A DNA stretch of 64,000 nt from Minisyncoccota bacterium (GTDB lineage Bacteria > Patescibacteriota > Minisyncoccia > UBA6257 > 2-01-FULL-56-20): NCBI GenBank assembly GCA_036510525.1, contig DATCDU010000034.1, positions 976 to 64,975 on the forward strand. Direction: 5' to 3'. The notes below the pieces were generated by a model, which saw nothing but the letters and a program-made list of their open reading frames with translations, searched no databases and was not told the DNA's origin. A program made the translations under genes and the position numbers. How positions within the stretch are numbered: the stretch's first letter is position 1; each line of letters starts with the position of its first letter. Shown here piece by piece: positions 36,601 to 43,758 of this stretch.

Positions 36601-38870
36601 CCCTCGTTAAAGGCCTCGATCTCGGACATATTCGTTGCCACGCGGGCGATGCCGCGCACCAATCCCTTGTAGGCAACCGTACCCCGGATCTCATCCACAC
36701 CCAAAGAAGAAGGAAAAAAGTGTTCGACCGAAATTTCTTTTTCGTACTCAGAACGGGATATCACGCGGCATTCCCCTGCAGAGAAAACGAACAGTGCTCC
36801 CTTGTCGCGGCGCAGACGAACCTCATTCCAATCTATGGCGGCAAACTTCTTCGGATCTAAAAATTCGGATGGGGTAATGTAAAAAATCAATTCCGGATCA
36901 ATGTCGTTCTTGGCCGCAGTCACACCAAGCGCTTCGAAGAATAAAGAATTGCCTCGCAACACGCCTTCTTTTCGCTTATCCTGGATGTGGGTGAATATCT
37001 CCGAGATCTCTATCACACGACGCAACTCTTTGGACACGCCAAGCGTTCGCATCAACTCCGCCTTTTTCTTTTTGTTCTCAGATATTCTTGTCTTTTCCTC
37101 CCGGATTTTCGCTGCAATCCCGTTACCCAATTTTTTGGATTCATCGAGAGCTTCTTGATATACATCTTCGGGAGTCAGCCGGACGCAAATATGATAGCCT
37201 GCCCTCGCCCAGAAGAAATCGTGCACGATAGGCCGACACTCCCCGCGTAAGAGATCTTTTTTGGAACCCTTCGCACCGCCCCGATGGATACGTTGGGCTA
37301 CTTCCAATTTACGAACCTCAAATTCATTCACAAAACTTCCGTATGCAGGTGCCGTAAGGAGTGCGACCACTTCCGGCGTCGCCTTCTTCCCCAATTCATC
37401 TTTAATAAACCGTTCGAGCCAATCTTCTTCCGCATCGTTCAAAAAAGTATCGACGACGTATGCGTAACTCGTATGGCGGACGATCGCATCGTGGATCGGC
37501 TGGAACTTTTTACGAAGCTCGGACGGAGACATTGTGGAAAGGTCAGCATGGGCAACAACCTCCCAATGCTTCAGGAAAATGTCCCATTCATGCTCCCAGT
37601 CTCCGTAGAACTCTTTTGTGAAGTTAGGGTTTTTGATTGCCTCGGCCAATACCTCTTTTCTTTTTTGAACCATCAAGTCCGCATTCCAAAACCAATCGAA
37701 GCGGTCGTTCCTGTTATAGTTTTGGAAAAAGAGACCATAAGGAATTGCGTATGGCGTCGCCTCGCTGCCATACGCTATACCCATGCCTTGTTGAGCAATA
37801 CCGAAAGGATAGCCGGAGAAGCTCTTGTTATACCAATGCGTGTTGGTCTTCATATCTTCCATGGCTTCCTCAAAGGTGTAGCCCTTCGCCATGCTCGTAT
37901 CCCCGGACTTCTCAGGTGCCACAACATCCATCAGCGTCGTGATCGGCCGCGATTGCACAATATAGAACTTTTCTTTCTCAAGTGCCCACTCGATGTCGCA
38001 CGGGAAGCCGTAGTGCTCTTCGATCCGCAGGATGAGCTCCGAGAGCTCAAGGACCTGCTTATCCGAAAGCGCCTGTTGCTCGGCTTTTGATGCAGGAATC
38101 TCCTTCCATTCGTTCTCCGCCTTCGGCGAACGGTAAAGTCCGCGCGTTTTCGCCTGCACCATGCGCTCGATGATCCGCCGAGGCGTTTTCTCGACAACAT
38201 AGCTGTCCGGTGTCACCTGGCCGGATACGATCGCCTCGCCGAGGCCGTAGCTCGCTTCGATGATCAGCTGATTGCGATCCTGTGTGACGGGGTGCACCGA
38301 AAACGCGATGCCGGAGATCTCGCTCTCCACCATTTTTTGAACGACGACCGCGACCGAAATCTTTTGTTTATGGAGATCTTTCTCAAATCGATAGAAAATG
38401 GCGCGCGGCGTAAAGAGCGACGCCCAGCAGCGCTTCACATTTTCCAAAACCTTCGACTGCGATGTGTTGAGAAAGCTGTCGAGCTGGCCCGCCCACGCAG
38501 CGGATGCACTGTCCTCCGCCGTAGCGCTCGAACGCACCGCAACGTACTTCGCGCCAAGTTTTTTAAACGACGAAGTTATCTCCCGCGCGATATCCTTCGG
38601 CATCGTTGCCGCAAGGATGAGCGCCCGAATCTTTTCCGAAGCGTTCTCAACGGTGTGGATCTCTTCGTGATTGACGGAATCCAGGATCGCATCGATGTCG
38701 GCGGCCAGCCCGGTCTCTTCTATAAACTTCTCGAATGAGGCGGACAGGATGACGAATCCCGGCGGCACGGGGATCCCGGCTTGGGTCATCTCGCCCAAGG
38801 AAGCGCCCTTGCCTCCGGCAAGACCCACATCGCTTTTGTTCAACTCCTTGAAATTGCGGAGGAGTTCCAT
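33630..38870 (-). CDS. Giant multidomain phosphotransferase-like protein: an N-terminal PPDK/PEP-synthase-type ATP-grasp nucleotide-binding domain followed by three repeats of [unknown domain + PEP-utilising phosphohistidine swivel domain]; no PEP-utilisers C-terminal TIM barrel
   Basis: 1746 aa. Residues 1-~320 (GGKGASLGEM...CDIEWALEKEKFYIVQSRPITT) match the PPDK_N ATP-grasp fold. The three swivel domains (…GGITCHAAIIAREMKKPCIIGTK…, …GGITCHAGIVARELKKPCIIGTK…, …GGTTCHAAIASRELKVPCVVGTK…) are encoded at about nt 36370-36690, 35340-35650 and 33633-33953. Confidence 0.75.
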   Translation of the reverse strand: MELLRNFKELNKSDVGLAGGKGASLGEMTQAGIPVPPGFVILSASFEKFIEETGLAADIDAILDSVNHEEIHTVENASEKIRALILAATMPKDIAREITSSFKKLGAKYVAVRSSATAEDSASAAWAGQLDSFLNTSQSKVLENVKRCWASLFTPRAIFYRFEKDLHKQKISVAVVVQKMVESEISGIAFSVHPVTQDRNQLIIEASYGLGEAIVSGQVTPDSYVVEKTPRRIIERMVQAKTRGLYRSPKAENEWKEIPASKAEQQALSDKQVLELSELILRIEEHYGFPCDIEWALEKEKFYIVQSRPITTLMDVVAPEKSGDTSMAKGYTFEEAMEDMKTNTHWYNKSFSGYPFGIAQQGMGIAYGSEATPYAIPYGLFFQNYNRNDRFDWFWNADLMVQKRKEVLAEAIKNPNFTKEFYGDWEHEWDIFLKHWEVVAHADLSTMSPSELRKKFQPIHDAIVRHTSYAYVVDTFLNDAEEDWLERFIKDELGKKATPEVVALLTAPAYGSFVNEFEVRKLEVAQRIHRGGAKGSKKDLLRGECRPIVHDFFWARAGYHICVRLTPEDVYQEALDESKKLGNGIAAKIREEKTRISENKKKKAELMRTLGVSKELRRVIEISEIFTHIQDKRKEGVLRGNSLFFEALGVTAAKNDIDPELIFYITPSEFLDPKKFAAIDWNEVRLRRDKGALFVFSAGECRVISRSEYEKEISVEHFFPSSLGVDEIRGTVAYKGLVRGIARVATNMSEIEAFNEGDILVANQTTPEYVPAMKKASAFVTDQGGITCHAAIIAREMKKPCIIGTKNASRVIKSGDMVEVDADKGVVRILERSSGQVTFEKIYTRDTTYIMQELWAIGCSRGVEKEFGWKNPYLPGIIHYMNQGSIEIWENLRATEWLEDVVLKKNEEDPKFIDDVLEKYKAKLAIIHKLWKEKKLGVNKLAQLIKLSDEAMPYFVFYYYSAVNDKTPKGIRAKALAMRNKDEFFAQNDIAIRKSISEIYPRTKNYETTIFIDEIKKIPAAPELEDRKLHSLIVDGKDLFLGTLSDFEKNNPQFSFKGDAIVGNNSGVIKGEIAQKGIATGPVKILRRRDQLDEVREGDIIVSPMTTPDFLPTMRRAAAFVTDEGGITCHAGIVARELKKPCIIGTKIATQVLKDGDVVEVDANRGVVRILHGDSAGMPPSSVKLFKFMTREHSFFYASIWNEADRDHFERYIPGTNFRNMAFLRDASGVVDIYFDLDELEEIFKKISQAIIEDPKLLDVIIADFYRYWKKLWLYISKKKKIKNLKELAGYYNDCVQWWVPMAYLFGVPDREEIPKRLRAKALKVRESTQEYSNEIDRVYRDFFEKKYPRHTAVAGLLMPEEVYRIEKLTRKDLEEIKKRKEGWALTTMGGKTEFKPLSEVRGITNILSKIYSREKTLFYFSMWNDSDRRGWKNFLGHNVRQNLFIVPPPGEKGSVWYSSAELAIINTLLKEKLKSDPTLVRRFVKTLDANWKVISPYLLDKKKIRTVKDFNNYYEHLVDWWSAMNTAFTIPDMAEVSPALRKKFLRYREESEKYTEKMNKVMVAFWHDRFPELKDITFFIAPGEVAKLAGNSREKVLALVRSRRNGCVMLNGTIYPIERLDALLSENNIELEKATAEGIAEIKGTPAYKGVVRGRVKKIRSFADMKDFAPGDVLVTEMTNPDYVPIMKKAAAVVTDEGGTTCHAAIASRELKVPCVVGTKIATQVLKDGDMVEVDADKGIVKILK

Positions 38871-38903
38871 AATATCCCTAAGATATCATATTTTTCTAGT
38901 TTG

Positions 38904-38975
38904 TGCCGACGGCAGGGATCGAACCTGCGACCTTGGCCTTATGAAAGCCCTGCTCTACCACTGAGCTACGTCGGC
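38904..38975 (-). tRNA. tRNA-Met (anticodon CAT; elongator-type G1-C72); CCA not encoded
   Basis: Minus strand: GCCGACG-UA-GCUC-AGUGGUA-GAGC-A-GGGCU-UUCAUAA-GGCCA-AGGUC-GCAGG-UUCGAUC-CCUGC-CGUCGGC-A. The cloverleaf is canonical apart from a single G·A mismatch at 27·43 in the anticodon stem. Confidence 0.75.
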
Positions 38976-39068
38976 GTGTGTCCGCGCGAAAGCAGAATAA
39001 CTATATTATAGCTGGCAGCGAGAGGCAAATGAAGGAATCAAATTCTTTACATTCTTATGCGCATCCTC

Positions 39069-40868
39069 CTAGCTCTGCCTTTTTCCGTGGAGCAGCATAT
39101 CCACGGCCTGTTGCATGGAACCGGCGCGCGTGATGGTGCCGCTGTTCACAAAGAAGATCACGTCCGCATTCTCGATGGTATTCAAGCGGTGGGCGATGAT
39201 GACGCGCGTGGTCTCTTTGGGCAACTGCTTGAGGATCTCCTCGAGCAGTCCTTCGGTGACGGTATCGATGTTCGCGGTGGCTTCATCAAGGATCAGTAGC
39301 GCGGGATTTCGCAGAACAGCGCGGATGAAAACGATCAATTGCTTTTGACCCAAGCTGATCGCGTCGCCGCTCGAAAGCACGGGCGTATCGAGGCCTTTAT
39401 CAAACCGCGCGAGGAGTTTTTCCAAACCCTCTTTCTTGATGACCGCCTCGAGCTGATCGTTCGAATGATCCTTATACTGCTCGTTGCTGTAGATAATATT
39501 GTCGCGCACGGTTCCCGTAAAAAGGAACGGGTCCTGCAAGATGAAGCCGATCTTCTTGGTGCGCGCCGCCGCGTCGTACGTACGAATATCTTTGCCATCG
39601 AGATAGACGGTGCCTTCCGTCGCGTCGTACAATCGCGCCATGAGTGATGCGGTCGTCGTCTTTCCTCCGCCGGTCGGCCCGACGAGCGCGTACGTCTTTC
39701 CTTTTTCCAAACTAAAGCTTATGTCGTGCAACACATCTTTGCCCGCGGCATAACGGAAGAAGACATGATCAAACGCGAGTATAGAATCCGCTATTTCCTT
39801 CGACACGATTTTTTTGACGGCACCTTCCGCATCTTTCACGCTATCTATGACAACGAGATCCGTCTTGAGTGAGAGAATATCCGAAATGCGGTCCCATCCC
39901 GCGAGCGCGGTCTGGAAGTTAGCCCATAACGATGCCAGCTGGCGAAGCGGGTTATAAAAGTTGTTCACATAGATGAGGAAGCCGACGAGGAGTCCGAGCG
40001 TGAACTGGCCTTGGAGGATGAGGAATAAGCCATAGGCGATCACGACCAACTGGCCGAGGTTTCCGCCCCAGCCATAGAACGGCGTAAGGGTATTGTTCGC
40101 GATGCCGGCGCCGATGGACGTTTCATAATTTTTCTGGTTTGCTTCCTCAAAATGCTCGCGGAAATAATCGCGGCGGTTGAACGCGACGACAACCTTGAAG
40201 TTCATCAAGCTTTCCTGGATCTCCGCGCTCAAACCGCCCAGGGCCCGCATGCTGAGGGCGTTCTTTCTTTTTACCCACGCAGCGGTGGCGATCGTGATGA
40301 TGATGATCAGCGCGGCAGGGATGAGCGCCGCGCCGCCCAATCGTATATTCAACACCAATAGGAATATCCCCGCGCCGATCATGATAAAGATGGACCCGAT
40401 GAACTGCATCAATGATTGCGAGAAGAATTGGTTCAGCTTATCCGTATCATTGTTGATGCGCGAAATAAGGTCCCCCGCTTTGTTCTGATTAAAGAATGCC
40501 ACCGGCAACTCCTGCAGTTTGTTGAAGACCGCATTGCGAAGATTAAAAAGCACGCGCTGGCCGATACCGCCCATAAGACGGGTCTGCGCGTAACTCGCGC
40601 CGAGCGCGAGAAGATACATGCCGAGCAAAATACCTGAATAGACGAGGACGCCGTGAAAATCTTTATTGATAAAATAGGTATTGATGACGTGAGCCATCAA
40701 AAGCGGCGCGAAAAGCGTGAGCAGTGAGTTCACGATGATCGCTATGAACGCAATGATGAGGATCTTCTTCTCGTCGCGCATGAGCGGCCACAGTTTTTTG
40801 ACCGCGGCGAGCATCGCGTTCTTCGGTTCGGTCCCCGCCGCTTTGGCTATCAGATTATAATCAGTCAT
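39069..40868 (-). CDS. ABC transporter, fused permease/ATP-binding subunit (type I exporter, MsbA/MdlB-like)
   Basis: 599 aa with six N-terminal TM helices plus an NBD carrying Walker A GPTGGGKTT, the signature LSSGDAISLGQKQ and Walker B ILDEATA. Confidence 0.85.
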   Translation of the reverse strand: MTDYNLIAKAAGTEPKNAMLAAVKKLWPLMRDEKKILIIAFIAIIVNSLLTLFAPLLMAHVINTYFINKDFHGVLVYSGILLGMYLLALGASYAQTRLMGGIGQRVLFNLRNAVFNKLQELPVAFFNQNKAGDLISRINNDTDKLNQFFSQSLMQFIGSIFIMIGAGIFLLVLNIRLGGAALIPAALIIIITIATAAWVKRKNALSMRALGGLSAEIQESLMNFKVVVAFNRRDYFREHFEEANQKNYETSIGAGIANNTLTPFYGWGGNLGQLVVIAYGLFLILQGQFTLGLLVGFLIYVNNFYNPLRQLASLWANFQTALAGWDRISDILSLKTDLVVIDSVKDAEGAVKKIVSKEIADSILAFDHVFFRYAAGKDVLHDISFSLEKGKTYALVGPTGGGKTTTASLMARLYDATEGTVYLDGKDIRTYDAAARTKKIGFILQDPFLFTGTVRDNIIYSNEQYKDHSNDQLEAVIKKEGLEKLLARFDKGLDTPVLSSGDAISLGQKQLIVFIRAVLRNPALLILDEATANIDTVTEGLLEEILKQLPKETTRVIIAHRLNTIENADVIFFVNSGTITRAGSMQQAVDMLLHGKRQS

Positions 40869-42594
40869 TGGATTGTTCTTCGTAAGTATTCGTGCTCCGT
40901 TGCGAATCGACGATTTGCACGTACTCGGGGCTCGTCTTTAAAAGCTCCGCGTGGGTGCCCGACGCGAGCACTTCGCCTTCCATGATGACGATAATCTGGT
41001 CGTAGTGTTCAACAGCAGCGATCTTTTGGGTCACGGAAACGAGCGTGATGTCGGGATAATTCTCTTTGATGTTGCGCAGGGTCTTCTGCTCGGTGTTCGC
41101 GTCCACGCGCGCGGTGAACTCATCGAGCAAAAGGATGCGCGGGTTCAGTGCCAAAGCGCGCGCGAGCATGATGCGCTGTTTTTGTCCGCCCGACAAACTG
41201 CCGCCGCGTTCGGAAACGATCGTGTTGAGACCTTCCGGCAATCCGTCAATGAAATCTTTGAGTTCGGCGGTGGCGATCGCTTTATTCAGCGCCTCATCGA
41301 TCACGAGCGTATTGAACGCGATGTTCTCGCGCACACTCAAGTTGAACATAATGCTGTCTTGGAAAACGAGCCCGATCTGGTTGTGCAGTGATTCCGGATC
41401 GTATTCGTTGATGTCCCTGCCGTCATATGCGACCGTTCCAGCGTTCTGTTGCACAAGCCCCGTAAGGACGTACAACAGCTGGGTCTTCCCCGCAGCCGTC
41501 GGGCCAACGATCGCGGTTCGCGTCCCCGCCTTCACTGTGAGCGAAACGTCCTTTAACGCCGGCCTCTCACCGTACATCACCGTCACCCCTTTTACCGTAA
41601 TGTCGCCCCGCAATTTTTCTTTGAGCACTCCGTCCGGTTTCGGTTCCGGCGTATCAAGCACTTCCTGAACGCGGCCATAGGAAGCCTGTGCCTGCGCGAT
41701 GACGTTGCTCATAAAACCGATCACGAGGATCGGGAATATCAAAAGCGCGAGATAGCTGTTGAAGGCGGTGAAGTTGCCGAGCGTCATGCTCCCCGCGATC
41801 ACAAAGTGGCCGCCCAGTGTGAGGATGACCACCGTCGCTAGGTTTGCTACGAACGAGATGATCGGGATCATCGTGGCAAATATGATCAATATCTGCATGC
41901 CAAGGTCCTTCGCGCGGTTATTCGCGCCAAGAAATTTTTCATATTCCGGTTGCTGCGAGTTCAAAACGCGGATGAGCGCCGAGCCGAGGATGCTTTCGTT
42001 GATGACCTTGTTCAGCCAGTCGATCACTTCCCTGCTTTTTATAAAAAGCTTCCGCACTTTGCTAAGCACAAAAAAGAACGTGCCGCCGAGGATAGGAATG
42101 ATCGCGAGCACGGCAAGCGCCAATCGCCAATCTATCATAAGGAGTAAAATGCTCGCGCCGATGATGATGAACACCGACGAGACGATGGAAACGATCGCCT
42201 GCGCCACGAACGACTTTATGTTGTCGATGTCGGACGTTAAGTTCGTCAAAAGTTTGGCGGGGTTCGTTGTTTGCACATACGCATAGCTCTGGCGCGATAT
42301 CTTTGCCGAGACATCTTTTCGCAGGTCGCGCGCGACGCGTTCGGACGCGTAGACCTGCACGATGCTTTGCAGGTAAACGAAAACAAATATAAAGAATGAG
42401 GCGGAGAAGAATTCCACGATGACCGTGGTGAGCACGAGGTGGTTGCCCGTATACGCGTCGATCGCCGAAGCGATGATCTTTGGCAGCAGCAGGTTCAGCG
42501 CGTTGCTCGCAAGCGTAAAAAGGATGAGCCACGTCAGTATGCCCAAATAAGGCCTGAGGAGGCTTGTTAAGCTTGGTTTGTTCTGGGGTTCCAT
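40861..42594 (-). CDS. ABC transporter, fused permease/ATP-binding subunit (partner half of a heterodimeric exporter)
   Basis: 577 aa with a TM domain plus an NBD carrying Walker A GPTAAGKTQ, the signature LSGGQKQR and Walker B LLLDEFTA. Overlaps the downstream ABC gene by 8 nt. Confidence 0.85.
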   Translation of the reverse strand: MEPQNKPSLTSLLRPYLGILTWLILFTLASNALNLLLPKIIASAIDAYTGNHLVLTTVIVEFFSASFFIFVFVYLQSIVQVYASERVARDLRKDVSAKISRQSYAYVQTTNPAKLLTNLTSDIDNIKSFVAQAIVSIVSSVFIIIGASILLLMIDWRLALAVLAIIPILGGTFFFVLSKVRKLFIKSREVIDWLNKVINESILGSALIRVLNSQQPEYEKFLGANNRAKDLGMQILIIFATMIPIISFVANLATVVILTLGGHFVIAGSMTLGNFTAFNSYLALLIFPILVIGFMSNVIAQAQASYGRVQEVLDTPEPKPDGVLKEKLRGDITVKGVTVMYGERPALKDVSLTVKAGTRTAIVGPTAAGKTQLLYVLTGLVQQNAGTVAYDGRDINEYDPESLHNQIGLVFQDSIMFNLSVRENIAFNTLVIDEALNKAIATAELKDFIDGLPEGLNTIVSERGGSLSGGQKQRIMLARALALNPRILLLDEFTARVDANTEQKTLRNIKENYPDITLVSVTQKIAAVEHYDQIIVIMEGEVLASGTHAELLKTSPEYVQIVDSQRSTNTYEEQSND

Positions 42595-42793
42595 TGTTAT
42601 TTACTAAGCTGGGTTGAAGGCCATGATAATTTTAAACTGAAACAAATAAAAAAGCAGCTGTATGCCAGCTATACGAATGATAAGCCGCCTCATGGCCTGA
42701 TTCATTACGGTTCACTATTAATTCCGAGTTTGTTGCGGAAACTAGAAAATTTCAGAACCACTTTATTGGAGGGAGATTGGTAATACTAAGCTA

Positions 42794-43282
42794 TCAGTTC
42801 AACCGCCAGATGCTGTAATTTAGATATAACGCAAAGCTCACCCAAAGAATATACGACACGAGTAGCCATGCCGCCGGTCGGGAAGTTTTGGCAAAGGCGA
42901 CTATCGTCGCAACGATCGCGATCCACATCGTGATAATATCAACCAATGCCCACGCGGGGCTATGTAAACCAAAAAATATGATAGACCACAGGGCGTTCAA
43001 TATCAGCTGAATGGCAAAGAGAGATAGCGCGGTTTTGACCCCTTTGCTATCCCACCCCTTGCGCCAAACGAGAAATACCGCGATCCCCATAAGGAGATAG
43101 AGCGTCGTCCATACGGGACCAAAGACCCACGCAGGCGGATTAAGCGCAGGTTTCGCGAGCGTCGCATACCACGTCGGGATCGCCGAGACAGTGAAAATAG
43201 AGCCGATAATACCGGCGACCTCGGAAACGACCACAGCGATGACAAGCTTGAACCAATCGGACGAACTAAATCTTTTTCGCAT
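42794..43282 (-). CDS. tspO: TspO/MBR family tryptophan-rich sensory protein
   Basis: 162 aa, five TM helices and Trp-rich, with the motif WYATLAKPALNPPAWVFGPVWTTLYLLMG. Confidence 0.8.
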   Translation of the reverse strand: MRKRFSSSDWFKLVIAVVVSEVAGIIGSIFTVSAIPTWYATLAKPALNPPAWVFGPVWTTLYLLMGIAVFLVWRKGWDSKGVKTALSLFAIQLILNALWSIIFFGLHSPAWALVDIITMWIAIVATIVAFAKTSRPAAWLLVSYILWVSFALYLNYSIWRLN

Positions 43283-43376
43283 AATATAAAAGCTAGGGTC
43301 CTTTCTTAGAAAGCCAAACAGCCCGCAATACGATGAGTGTTACGACAAAACCGATGATGAAAATAACTGCGTTGCT

Positions 43377-43520
43377 CACGTTACTTTTTGAGCAACGTCC
43401 CGAGGCTCAGGATCGACGGCACCCAGAGGCCTACAAACAATGCTCCGTCCGTCTGGCCGGTAAACCAAAGATAGATCGCCAACAAAAATGAGATGCCTGC
43501 CGCAAGGAAAATATAGTTTT
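43377..43520 (-). CDS. Possible small hydrophobic peptide (47 aa)
   Basis: Own translation: MKNYIFLAAGISFLLAIYLWFTGQTDGALFVGLWVPSILSLGTLLKK. Below the ORF-track cutoff, with no homology evidence. Confidence 0.15.
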
Positions 43521-43584
43521 TCATATGTAATTTTATATGTGCTAATCGACCTCAATAACTATAGCATGCTGCTTTACTTAATTG

Positions 43585-43658
43585 TTGCGGGGGCAGGACT
43601 TGAACCTGCTTCGGAAGCTTATGGGGCTTCCCGGAAAACCTTTCCCAACCCTCCCGCG
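43585..43658 (-). tRNA. Initiator-tRNA-Met-like element (anticodon CAU, C1·A72 mismatch); atypical D-arm and C33, so possibly a pseudogene
   Basis: Minus strand: CGCGGGA...GAAGC-CCCAUAA-GCUUC-GAA-GCAGG-UUCAAGU-CCUGC-CCCCGCA-A-CAA. The 3' acceptor/T-arm sequence (...CCCCCGCAAC) is nearly identical to E. coli tRNA-fMet. The D-arm region (GGGUUGGGAAAGGUUUUCC) is non-canonical, the anticodon stem lacks the three G-C pairs, and position 33 is C. Confidence 0.35.
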
Positions 43659-43758
43659 CGATGAAACTGCGCCGCGCCTTTTGCGCGTACAGCCAACCTG
43701 TGCATTATATGAATTTTATGCCGTGATTGTCAAAAAAAACGATTAGTGAGATTATCAA

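Noticed and set aside
43585-43700. Small SRP (4.5S) RNA, because of CCCGCAAC and GGAAGC...GAAGCAGG strings
   Set aside because: The region lacks the conserved domain IV symmetric loops and the GNRA tetraloop (GGUCCGGAAGGAAGCAGCC context). It is better explained as a tRNA-fMet-like element.
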